A stretch of DNA of 64,000 nucleotides from Steroidobacteraceae bacterium (GTDB taxonomy: Bacteria > Pseudomonadota > Gammaproteobacteria > Steroidobacterales > Steroidobacteraceae). The notes under the pieces were generated by a model. The model did not search any database and was not told the DNA's origin. It was given only the letters and a program-made list of their open reading frames with translations. The stretch's first letter is position 1; each line of letters starts with the position of its first letter. Of the stretch, positions 46,772 through 55,436 are shown one piece after another. Location: NCBI GenBank assembly GCA_035943195.1, contig DASZCK010000183.1, positions 526 to 64,525 on the forward strand. The letters are read 5' to 3'. Position numbers and translations under genes: made by a program.

Positions 46772-46920
46772 AACTTACGGCCACCTGACACCCTAGCACT
46801 TGGGCTGCGCTTCCCCAATGTGCACCAGATTAAGGTGCGACCTGAATGCGTGATCCGCGTCGCAGTTCGAAGGATTTGCCGGCCCACGGACCCGGCGGCG
46901 ATTGCCCAGGTAGCGGCCCG

Positions 46921-48186
46921 CTACAAGATGTATTCAATCTGCGCCCAGAACTTTTCCGTGTCACGGGCGATGGCCAGCGGCGTTGCGACCGCGGAGGTGA
47001 AATCCGCGTATTTGAATGTGGCGGCATACTGATGCCACTTGCCTACGAGCAACAGGTCCCTCTCTTTACCGTAGGCTATGCTGATTCGCTCCGCATCATA
47101 GTCGTGGTAGACGGCCGTGACCGCGAGGGAGTCGAGGCACGTCACCTGCTTGATCGTCCAATTGACTGTGGCATAGCGGTCGTCGATGCCATCGGCCGGC
47201 GTCGTCAGGAATTTGTCGGCCCAACCCTGAAACAAGTGCAAAGTGGCCAGCGGCGTCGCAAATCCGACGGTGCCATTACCATGCAGCGTCTCATCGCCCA
47301 GCGTCAACGTGACTCCGGCAACGCTCGCTTTGATCTCGGCGAGAAAATAGTTGTTGTGGAATTCCAGTGGATTGTCAGCGCGCGGTGTCTGCGAAGCATA
47401 GGATACGGTGTAACCCAACCGGACGTCGGAGACCGGCCAAGTACCGCCCAGTCGACCGCCCGTCGTTGAGGTTGAGCCGCGTCGCGGGTCGAGCGCGCCG
47501 GCGAGACCGCTGATGGGATCGAAATCCAGCAGATAGGTGAAGGCGGTGAGAGTACCGATCGGCAGAACGTAGCCGGCATTGATCAGGTAACTGTCGCCCT
47601 TATAGGTTCCCTGCGGCGAATCGTGGCCATAGATTCTATTCACCCGGTCCAGCGCCGTCAGGTCAATGGTGAAATTTGGAAGCGACTGATTCACGATCCG
47701 CACCGCGTCGAAGGTCACCTCGTTCTGCCGCCACCCCGAATTACCGACGAAGCGCTGGTCATCCAGAATGATGCGCTGGCGCCCGACAGTGAGCGTGGTC
47801 TTCGGCAAAGTCTTGTTCACGAGCTGCGCGCGATTCACCACGAGGTTGCGTGGATCGGCGACCACCGGAAATTGCGTATACGAGGAAACGGCATTGTCCG
47901 GGCGGTACGCCCGATCAAAGGGCAGCATGACCTCTCCTTCTACCAGGAGGCTGGTATCAAGGAATCGCCCGGTCTGTGCGCCCACTCTGAGGCGCAGGGT
48001 ATTGGCGTCGGCGTTGCTGGGAAGCCCTGTCTGCTCAACCTCCTCGTGGCGCAGGCGGACATCAATGAGCGGCGTGGTCGCGAGCAGCGCCTGAGACAAA
48101 CTTTGTGTTTCATCAGCGTATGCAGCAGCGGGCAGCATCAAGGTGATCTGGAAAAAGTGAATTCGCATCGTGGTCATTCGTTTCAT
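46921..48186 (-). CDS. Alginate-export (AlgE-like) family outer-membrane beta-barrel
   Basis: 421 aa. Signal peptide ending AAAYA. The motif GRQRIILDDQRFVGNSGWRQNEVTFDAVR is typical of the family from memory. Alternating beta-strand pattern and a terminal aromatic-rich strand. Confidence 0.7.
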   Translation of the reverse strand: MKRMTTMRIHFFQITLMLPAAAYADETQSLSQALLATTPLIDVRLRHEEVEQTGLPSNADANTLRLRVGAQTGRFLDTSLLVEGEVMLPFDRAYRPDNAVSSYTQFPVVADPRNLVVNRAQLVNKTLPKTTLTVGRQRIILDDQRFVGNSGWRQNEVTFDAVRIVNQSLPNFTIDLTALDRVNRIYGHDSPQGTYKGDSYLINAGYVLPIGTLTAFTYLLDFDPISGLAGALDPRRGSTSTTGGRLGGTWPVSDVRLGYTVSYASQTPRADNPLEFHNNYFLAEIKASVAGVTLTLGDETLHGNGTVGFATPLATLHLFQGWADKFLTTPADGIDDRYATVNWTIKQVTCLDSLAVTAVYHDYDAERISIAYGKERDLLLVGKWHQYAATFKYADFTSAVATPLAIARDTEKFWAQIEYIL

Positions 48187-48242
48187 TCGATTTGTTCCTT
48201 ACCTGAGCGATCGGTTTGCGGGCCCGCGCGTTTCACGCGGAC

Positions 48243-48299
48243 AAAAAAATGCCGCCGGCGGTGCGCGTCGCAGTGCGAGGCGTACGGGCTGGCGGCATT
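48243..48299 (-). terminator. Candidate intrinsic terminator downstream of the Kelch lipoprotein gene
   Basis: On the minus strand, AATGCCGCC ... GGCGGCATT forms a 9-bp stem. The loop holds an inner TCGCA-C-TGCGA hairpin, and a T7 run follows. Confidence 0.4.
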
Positions 48300-48502
48300 G
48301 CCATTGCAGATCCGACTTTGGACCTGCGGTTGTCAGGCGCTCTCAGTGCGCCTGCATTTCACTCAGAAGCAACATCTGTGCCACGACTTTGTAATTGGCT
48401 GATTCCATGGAGCGTCAACGGGTTATCTCAAATAGCCTGGGTTTCCTTAACTCAAATACGGAACGCGCCGGATGCGTTCGGTGCGTAATGCACCAGCGAT
48501 GC

Positions 48503-50566
48503 TCACTGTGTGGGGTACGTCCAAATGTCATTCAGCTCACCGGCCCCGGTGATGGGACCGTACCCGAACCCGCCGAACAGCCACACGATGCCGCTGGGGT
48601 CCTTCACACTGGTCACTTCCTGACGAGCGCCCGGAATATTCGTACCCGCTGCCGCCCCGATGGTGCCGTGGGTCTCGACGCTATTCACGGTACTGGAGCC
48701 TTTGATCCAGGCCCATTCGTTGTTCGAGACCGAGTACTCCCACAGATCATTCAAGAGGCCGAGAGTCCCGGCGGAGTCGAGGCCCCACCCACCGAACAGC
48801 CACAGATTACCGGCGGCGTCCGTCCAACCTGCGACATCTCGGCGCCCGCCGGGCCCGTTCGCGGCCGCGGCAACGCCTTCCGTACCGTAGACTCCAACCG
48901 CCTGGGCGGTGTTGGAACCGCCAATCCAGATCCAGCCGCCACTGGCAGGCGAAAACTCCCACAGATCGTTCAGATACCCGGTAGCGCCCGTGGAATCCAA
49001 CCCCATGCCCCCAAACACCCAGAGGTTGCCGGTGGCGTCCGTCCAGCTCATTGCATTCGAACGTGCCCCGGGAACATTGGCGGACGCGGCAACCGCTTGG
49101 CTACCGTAATCGCCCACTGCTTGCGCCGTGGTGGAACCGCTGACCCAGGTCCAATTACCGCTGGTGAGAGAGTATTCCCACACATCGTTGAGATAGCCCT
49201 GCACCCCGCTGGCATCGACTCCCCATCCGCCGAACAGCCACAGGTTGCCGCTGGCGTCCTGCCAACTCACCGCAGCAAAGCGCGCGCCCGGGACATTCGG
49301 GCTCGCGGCATTGCCCTGGGTGCCGTAGACACCCGGGGCAAGCTGGGTGTTGGAGCCACCGACCCAGGTCCATTGGCCCGTGGTGGGCGAATACACCCAC
49401 AAATCATTCATCGGGCCCAGATTGATACCGGTGGAATCGTACCCGGTTCCCCCAAACAGCCACACCTGGCCACTTGAGTCCGTCCAGGTGACTGCGTTCT
49501 GACGCGCCCCCGGCATGTTGGTTGCGACTGTTAGACCTTTGGTGCCGTAGACCCCGGCAGCTTTCACAGTGTTGGAGCCGGCCCACCAAGTCCACTGGCC
49601 GCTGCTGGGCGAATACTCCCACAGGTCGTTCATCACGTCCGGCGCCGCCCCGGAACCGACATCGATTCCGTAGCCCCCGAATATCCACAGGTTGCCGCTG
49701 GCATCCATCCAGGCCGCTGAACTGTTTCGAGCCCCCGGTACGGTAGTGGCGGAGGGAACCCCATGGGTACCGTAATTGCCGTTCAAGAGCCCATTGTTGG
49801 GGCCGAAGACCCAGGTGAAGGGCGCAGCATAGGCCGCCGTCACCGCGCAAGTGCCGGTGATCGGCCCCGTGGTGTAGGTAGTGCCGGACAGATTGCCGCC
49901 ACAACCTGTCACGCTACTGATGGGATAGCCCTTGTTTCCGGTGGCTGCCACCGTGAACGTCGTCGTGGAACCGGCAGTCACGATGGCGCTCGCGGGAGAA
50001 ATCGTGCCACCGTCTACTGCCGTTGCGGTCACCGAATACTGCGCCAGGAAATTCGCCGTCACGGTGCAATTGGCGCTCACTGCGCCGGTGGTGTAGGTGT
50101 TGCCCGCCAGACTGCCGCCGCAACCGGTCACGCTGCCGATGATATACCCGCTATTTGCCGTGACTGTGAGGGTCGTCGTGGCGCCGGACGTCACGAGGGC
50201 GCTTGCGGGTGAAAGGGTCCCACCCACGCCGGCTGTTCCCGTCACGGTGTACTGCGCAATGAAGCTCGCCGTCACGGTACAGTCCGCCGTGACGGTTCCG
50301 GTGGTATAGGTACTGCCGGTGAGCGTTCCGTCGCAGCCGGTCACGCTGCCGATGGTGTACCCGCTGTTCGCGGTGATGTTGAGCGTCGCCGCGCTGCCGG
50401 CGTCCACTCTGGCATTCGAGACCGCGATGCTGCCGCCGGTTGCGGGCGCGGCATTGACCTGATACGTCGTGACGCCAGGGCCGCCACCGGACCCACCACA
50501 GCCGCTCAAGACAGTGATGGCCAGACACGCCACACTGCCGGGAATCAACATCCACCCTCTCATCAT
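48503..50566 (-). CDS. Lipoprotein with three InlB-B-repeat-like Ig modules and a six-bladed Kelch beta-propeller
   Basis: 687 aa. Lipobox ITVLSGC. Three ~70-aa repeats ending C-x-VTA-x-F (nt ~49829-50467). Six ~73-aa blades with NDLWEYSxxxGxWTW...PGAR...W.D..GNLWLFGG (nt ~48506-49816). Confidence 0.85.
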   Translation of the reverse strand: MMRGWMLIPGSVACLAITVLSGCGGSGGGPGVTTYQVNAAPATGGSIAVSNARVDAGSAATLNITANSGYTIGSVTGCDGTLTGSTYTTGTVTADCTVTASFIAQYTVTGTAGVGGTLSPASALVTSGATTTLTVTANSGYIIGSVTGCGGSLAGNTYTTGAVSANCTVTANFLAQYSVTATAVDGGTISPASAIVTAGSTTTFTVAATGNKGYPISSVTGCGGNLSGTTYTTGPITGTCAVTAAYAAPFTWVFGPNNGLLNGNYGTHGVPSATTVPGARNSSAAWMDASGNLWIFGGYGIDVGSGAAPDVMNDLWEYSPSSGQWTWWAGSNTVKAAGVYGTKGLTVATNMPGARQNAVTWTDSSGQVWLFGGTGYDSTGINLGPMNDLWVYSPTTGQWTWVGGSNTQLAPGVYGTQGNAASPNVPGARFAAVSWQDASGNLWLFGGWGVDASGVQGYLNDVWEYSLTSGNWTWVSGSTTAQAVGDYGSQAVAASANVPGARSNAMSWTDATGNLWVFGGMGLDSTGATGYLNDLWEFSPASGGWIWIGGSNTAQAVGVYGTEGVAAAANGPGGRRDVAGWTDAAGNLWLFGGWGLDSAGTLGLLNDLWEYSVSNNEWAWIKGSSTVNSVETHGTIGAAAGTNIPGARQEVTSVKDPSGIVWLFGGFGYGPITGAGELNDIWTYPTQ

Positions 50567-50777
50567 CGCGGATATCCCCTGAATTATTGTCAGCCTGTGC
50601 GGCTGGAGCGCCCGTTATGGGAGCGCTACCAATATTTGCAGGGAGCCTATCGCGAGCGATCGCGCATTTCAAGTGCATGTGCCATTGTGCAAGCAGCCAT
50701 CAGGAAGTCGTAATCGGATTTGCCAGGCGAAACATGACAGCTTGCGAGGCCGATTGCCGCGCGGCGTATCTTTAGGC

Positions 50778-51371
50778 ATGCTGCCCCCGGTCCCTTTCCC
50801 GGACGACCCCATGTCCCAAGAGCTGCCTCCCGATGCACCCGCGCGTAACGGTGAGGCCGACATTCCTCCCGGGGCGCCGGCGCAGTTGTTCGCCTCGCTC
50901 TATGCGGAACTGCGGCGGATTGCCAACCGCGAGCTTCGTAGGCATCCGGAATCCAGCGTCAGTCCCACCACCCTGGTCCACGAAGCTTATGTGAACATGG
51001 CCGAGCGTGCGGTCAATTTCCAGGATCGCGCCCGCTTCCTGGGTTATGTCGCGCGGGCGATGCGCGGCCTGCTGATTGACTTCACAAGACATCACGGCGC
51101 GCTGAAGCGTGGCGCCGAGTTCGAAATCACACACCTGACGACGCATAGCGGCGGGGAGTTGCCCGACAGCACGGAGCTGACGCGTCTGTCCGACGCTCTG
51201 GATGAGTTGGCCAAAAGGGATCCACGCCTAGCCGAGGTGGTGGATCTTCGGTACTTCTGTGGCTTCTCGTTTGCCGAGATTGCCGCGCTGCGCAGCGCAT
51301 CGGAACGCACGGTACAGCGCGACTGGGAGAAGGCGCGGCTGCTGCTTTTCCACGAGGTCGAGCTGCCCTGA
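50778..51371 (+). CDS. ECF-type sigma-70 factor of the Ser/Thr-kinase-associated group (TIGR02999 / ECF43-like)
   Basis: LFASLYAELRRIANRELRR...TTLVHEAYVNM in region 2 and RYFCGFSFAEIAALRSASERTVQRDWEKARLLL in region 4. The start is ATG 50778 or 50811. Confidence 0.85.
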   Translation: MLPPVPFPDDPMSQELPPDAPARNGEADIPPGAPAQLFASLYAELRRIANRELRRHPESSVSPTTLVHEAYVNMAERAVNFQDRARFLGYVARAMRGLLIDFTRHHGALKRGAEFEITHLTTHSGGELPDSTELTRLSDALDELAKRDPRLAEVVDLRYFCGFSFAEIAALRSASERTVQRDWEKARLLLFHEVELP

Positions 51372-51386
51372 GCTCGGTGAGGCGCC

Positions 51387-54300
51387 ATGACCAGCCCGTT
51401 GCGTGAGTTGACCCCCGAGCAGTTCTCGAGGATCTCGCAGCTGCTCGATGAGTCGCTCGAGCTCGAGCCCGGCGAACGTCACGCCTGGCTCACGGCTCTC
51501 GAACTGCGGGATTCCGCAGCGGCGGCATTGTTGCGGCGCCTGTTCGCCTCGCAGGGAGCCGGCAAAGGCGCACGCTTTCTGAGCAATCCGCAGCAGGTAG
51601 CCGCGGCACTGGCCGCGGCAATCTCCGAGGATCAGGCGCTGATCGAACGGCGCTTCGGCCCTTACCGCATCCTGTCACTGCTGGGTCACGGTGGCATGGG
51701 CAGTGTGTGGCTTGCCGAACGCGTCGACGGGATGTTCACGCGCCAGGTAGCGCTGAAGCTGGTGCATCCGATCCTGGGCCCGGTGCTCGGCGAGCGATTC
51801 AGTCGCGAGCGCGAGATTCTCGCCAGCCTGAGTCATGCGCACATCGCACGCCTGTTCGACGCCGGCGTCGCGGAGGACGGACAGCCGTATCTGGCCCTGG
51901 AATACGTCGCGGGCTCGCCCCTCACGCGCTACTGCGACGAGCACTGCCTCGGTCTTGCGGCGCGCCTGCAATTGTTTCGCCAGGTCTTAAGCGCGGTGCA
52001 GTACGCGCACGCGCACTTGATCATTCACCGCGACCTCAAGCCCTCCAACATTCTGGTGACCGAGGACGGCCAGGCGCAGCTGCTCGATTTCGGCATTGCG
52101 AAGCTCCTGACCGAAGGCTCGAGCACTCCGGAGACCGAACTTACGCAGCTCGGAGGTCGGGCGCTCACGCCCGACTATGCCGCCCCGGAGCAGATCCTCG
52201 GCGCGCCCATCACGACCGCGGCGGATGTCTACTCGCTCGGGGTCATCTTCTATGAGTTACTCACCGGCGTGCGCCCCTACCGGCTCAAGCGCGATTCGCG
52301 CGGTGCACTCGAGGAGGCGATCCTGCAGGCCGAACCGCTGGCACCGAGCCGTGCCGGACTGGACGAGACCGTGGCCGCGGCGCGCGACTCCACCGTGCGC
52401 AAGCTTGTGCGTGCGCTGGTCGGAGATCTCGATACGATCGCGCTCAAGGCCCTCAAGAAAACCCCCGCCGAGCGATACGCAACGGCCAATGCCTTCGATG
52501 AGGACATCGCCCGATTCCTGCGCGGGGATGTGGTGCTGGCCCAACCCGACAGCCTGGTCTACCGGGCGCGCAAGTTCGTGCGACGGCACCGGCTTGGCAT
52601 CGCCACGGCGACGCTGCTGGTGGCAACGCTCGCGGGCGGACTTGCTGCAACTGGCTATGAGGCCCGGCTTGCCGCCGCGCAACGCGATCAGGCGTTGCAG
52701 GCGCAGCGTCAGTTGCTGACGCAGGCCGCGGCCGCGCGCCTGAATTTGGGGGATAGCAGCGGCGCCACGGGCATCATGACCGCGGTGCTGGCACAACACG
52801 CGGGTGATACACCCGAGGCGCTCAACGTCTTCGAGGCGGCGCGTGCCGCCGATTCCGCCGTGCTGGCGCTCGCCGGGCATGAGGCGACCGTGAACTACGC
52901 CAGCTTCTCACCCGACGGCACGCGGGTGGTAACCGCCTCGAAGGACCACACCGCCCGCATCTGGGATGCCGGCAGCGGGCTGGAATTGCAGCGTCTTACG
53001 GGCCACACCGATACGCTGACTTGTGCCGAATTCTCACCCAACGGTCAAAGTGTGATCACGGCCAGTGTCGATGGCACGGCGCGGCTCTGGGATGCCGGCA
53101 CCGGCCGCGAGCTGCGCGTCTTTCGCGCGCACGGCGATCATGTCAACACCGCGACCTTCTCCCCGGACGGCCGCTACGTACTGACTGCCGCGGACGACAA
53201 GGCGGCCTATCTGTTCGACGCCAACAGTGGGGCGCTGATACATACCTTCACGGGGCACTCGGACCGGGTGGCCTCCGCCGAGTTCTCACCCGATGGACGA
53301 CTCATTGCCACTGCCTCGGACGACAAGACCGCGCGCATCTGGGACGCAGCCACGGGCCGCCTGCTGCGGGTGCTGAGCGGCCATCGCAATCGCGCCTGGT
53401 TCGCGACCTTCTCGCCCGACGGCCGACGGCTCGTCACCGCCTCCTACGACAAGACGGCGCGCGTGTGGGATGTCGCCACCGGCCGCGAGCTGCTGCAATT
53501 GAGCGGGCATCGCGCGCCGGTGGCCTCGGCGACCTATTCCCCCGACGGCCGCTACATCGCCACCGCCGGGACCGATTCGATCGCGATCATATGGGATGCG
53601 AACACCGGCCAGCTGGTCCGCACGCTCAGTGGCCACACCGATCGGGTCTGGTACGCCGGGTTCTCACCCGACAGTCGGCGCGTGGTGACCTCCTCCGATG
53701 ACCTTACGGCGCGTATCTGGGACATCGTTCCGCGCGGTCAACTTCAGGTGCTGAGCGGTCATATGGCCGCAGTCAATGCGGCGCACTTTTCGCCCGATGG
53801 CCGCGAAGTGGTGACGGCCTCGGACGACACCACCGCGCGCATCTGGGATGCCGCGACCGGCCGCGAATTGCAGCGCTTTAGGGGTCATACGGCGCCGGTG
53901 CTTTCCGCCGCTTTCTCGCCGGATGGCCACTACGTTGTCACGGCCTCGGGCGACCGTACCGCGCGCATCTGGGAGGCGGCCTCGGGACGCGAGATCCTGC
54001 AGGTCAAACACGCCGATCAGGCGACCACGGCGGCCTTCTCCCATGATGGACGGCGGCTCGTGACCGCTTCGATCGATCGCACGGCGCATGTCTGGGACGC
54101 GGTGACCGGGCAACACCTGGCACTGTTGAGCGGGCACACCGACCTGGTCGGCAGCGCGACATTCTCACCGGACGACACCCGCGTCGTCACGGCTTCGAGC
54201 GATCAAACCGCCCGCGTCTGGGACTCCCGAAGCGGCCGACAGCTGCTGGTGCTGCGCGGACACACCGGTCAGGTCTGGTCGGCAGAGTTTTCGCCCGATG

Positions 54301-55436
54301 GTCGCTACATCCTGACAGCGGCCAACGACCAGACCGCACGGCTCTGGGACGCGCACAGCGGTGCCAAGGTGGCGCGGCTGGAAGGACTGACGGACAACGT
54401 ACCGACGGCGGAATTCTCACCTGATGGCCGGCGAGTCGTGCTATCCCTCGACGATCGCACGGCGCGCATCTGGGACCTGGCGAGCAACCGGCAGGTGCTC
54501 GCGCTCAGCGGGCATCTGGATCTCATGGAATTTGCGTCCTTCGCTCCCGATGGGCGGCGGATCGTAACGGCCTCGGACGATGGGACCGCACGCATCTGGG
54601 ACACCGATGCGCCGCCGCTAGCGGCGCAGATTGCCTGGGCGGCAGCCGCGGAGTTTGATCCACTGTCCCGAACGCAGCGCGACGCACTCGGACTGCCGCA
54701 GCCCAGCGATGAGCGCGCCCCTGCAACGGTGGAGTCGACCTGCGACAAGCTTGCCGGTGCACCATACGATCCGGATCGACTTGCGATCGGTGTGTCGGCA
54801 GGCCAGATCGACTCCGAGCCTGCCATCGCCGCTTGCACACCGGGACCGGGCGTCGCGCGCTCGGAGCGCGAGCGGTACGAGTATGGCCGCGCTCTCGCGG
54901 CCGGCAATCGCCGGGTGGCCGCGCGAGCCGAGCTCGAGCAGGCGGTCGCGGGCGGCTACAGGGCCGCGGGCGTCGATCTGGCACGGCTGCTCACTACGGC
55001 GCCGTCTGCGCCCGCCGATGGCACCCGCGCCATCTCGCTGCTCGAGCATGCTTGGAGCCAGAATGTGACCATAGCCGCCTTTGAGCTTGGGAGTCTCTAC
55101 GAGCGTGGTATCAGCATGGGATCCACGAACGATGCGCAGGCATGGCGCTGGTATCAACGTGGCGCCGATATTTTCGAGCCCGATGCGCTGGCGCGCTTCG
55201 GTCAGCGCGAGCAGCAGGCCGCACAAGCAGCGAGCGACAGGCAGGTGCGACGACGGCATCAACTCGCGGCCTTCGAGTTCTATGCTTCGGCGGCCGACCG
55301 AGCCCGCCGAGAGGGTTGGCCCGATCAGGCCTGGCGTATCTGGCGCTGGCAGCGCGCCACGCTCGCCCGACTATTAGCCCTGGAGGGCGGCACGCCAGAC
55401 GCGGCGGCCGCCTACGAGAGGACCCTCGGTCGCTAG
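51387..55436 (+). CDS. Receptor Ser/Thr protein kinase: kinase domain - TM - 14 WD40 repeats - Sel1-like repeats
   Basis: 1349 aa. Kinase motifs GHGGMGSVW, ALK, HRDLKPSNIL, DFGIAK and APE. TM helix LGIATATLLVATLAGGLAATGY. Fourteen ~42-aa WD40 units, then a Cys-bracketed region and Sel1-like repeats at the C-terminus. Confidence 0.9.
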   Translation: MTSPLRELTPEQFSRISQLLDESLELEPGERHAWLTALELRDSAAAALLRRLFASQGAGKGARFLSNPQQVAAALAAAISEDQALIERRFGPYRILSLLGHGGMGSVWLAERVDGMFTRQVALKLVHPILGPVLGERFSREREILASLSHAHIARLFDAGVAEDGQPYLALEYVAGSPLTRYCDEHCLGLAARLQLFRQVLSAVQYAHAHLIIHRDLKPSNILVTEDGQAQLLDFGIAKLLTEGSSTPETELTQLGGRALTPDYAAPEQILGAPITTAADVYSLGVIFYELLTGVRPYRLKRDSRGALEEAILQAEPLAPSRAGLDETVAAARDSTVRKLVRALVGDLDTIALKALKKTPAERYATANAFDEDIARFLRGDVVLAQPDSLVYRARKFVRRHRLGIATATLLVATLAGGLAATGYEARLAAAQRDQALQAQRQLLTQAAAARLNLGDSSGATGIMTAVLAQHAGDTPEALNVFEAARAADSAVLALAGHEATVNYASFSPDGTRVVTASKDHTARIWDAGSGLELQRLTGHTDTLTCAEFSPNGQSVITASVDGTARLWDAGTGRELRVFRAHGDHVNTATFSPDGRYVLTAADDKAAYLFDANSGALIHTFTGHSDRVASAEFSPDGRLIATASDDKTARIWDAATGRLLRVLSGHRNRAWFATFSPDGRRLVTASYDKTARVWDVATGRELLQLSGHRAPVASATYSPDGRYIATAGTDSIAIIWDANTGQLVRTLSGHTDRVWYAGFSPDSRRVVTSSDDLTARIWDIVPRGQLQVLSGHMAAVNAAHFSPDGREVVTASDDTTARIWDAATGRELQRFRGHTAPVLSAAFSPDGHYVVTASGDRTARIWEAASGREILQVKHADQATTAAFSHDGRRLVTASIDRTAHVWDAVTGQHLALLSGHTDLVGSATFSPDDTRVVTASSDQTARVWDSRSGRQLLVLRGHTGQVWSAEFSPDGRYILTAANDQTARLWDAHSGAKVARLEGLTDNVPTAEFSPDGRRVVLSLDDRTARIWDLASNRQVLALSGHLDLMEFASFAPDGRRIVTASDDGTARIWDTDAPPLAAQIAWAAAAEFDPLSRTQRDALGLPQPSDERAPATVESTCDKLAGAPYDPDRLAIGVSAGQIDSEPAIAACTPGPGVARSERERYEYGRALAAGNRRVAARAELEQAVAGGYRAAGVDLARLLTTAPSAPADGTRAISLLEHAWSQNVTIAAFELGSLYERGISMGSTNDAQAWRWYQRGADIFEPDALARFGQREQQAAQAASDRQVRRRHQLAAFEFYASAADRARREGWPDQAWRIWRWQRATLARLLALEGGTPDAAAAYERTLGR
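52869..54629 (+). repeat. Fourteen tandem ~126-bp coding repeats (WD40 units)
   Basis: Unit consensus L(S/T)GH...V..A.FSPDGR.VVTAS.D.TARIWDA.TGREL; thirteen units are 42 aa and one is 41 aa. Confidence 0.9.

Noticed and set aside
46822-46838. GCACC-AGATTAA-GGTGC hairpin resembling an anticodon arm, with a nearby TTCGAA
   Set aside because: No acceptor, D or T arms can be built around it, and the loop lacks the U33/purine-37 pattern on either strand. It is not a tRNA.
48395-49477. 360-aa plus-strand ORF
   Set aside because: It is antisense to the Kelch propeller. Its apparent internal repeats only mirror the Kelch repeats.
50656-50663. GCGATCGC (HIP1-like palindrome)
   Set aside because: I noticed only this one copy, with no sign of over-representation, so it is most likely chance.
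52869-54629. Regular 126-bp repeats considered as a possible CRISPR or other non-coding array
   Set aside because: The units are contiguous with no spacers, lie in one long ORF, and translate to canonical WD40 units. No cas genes are present.
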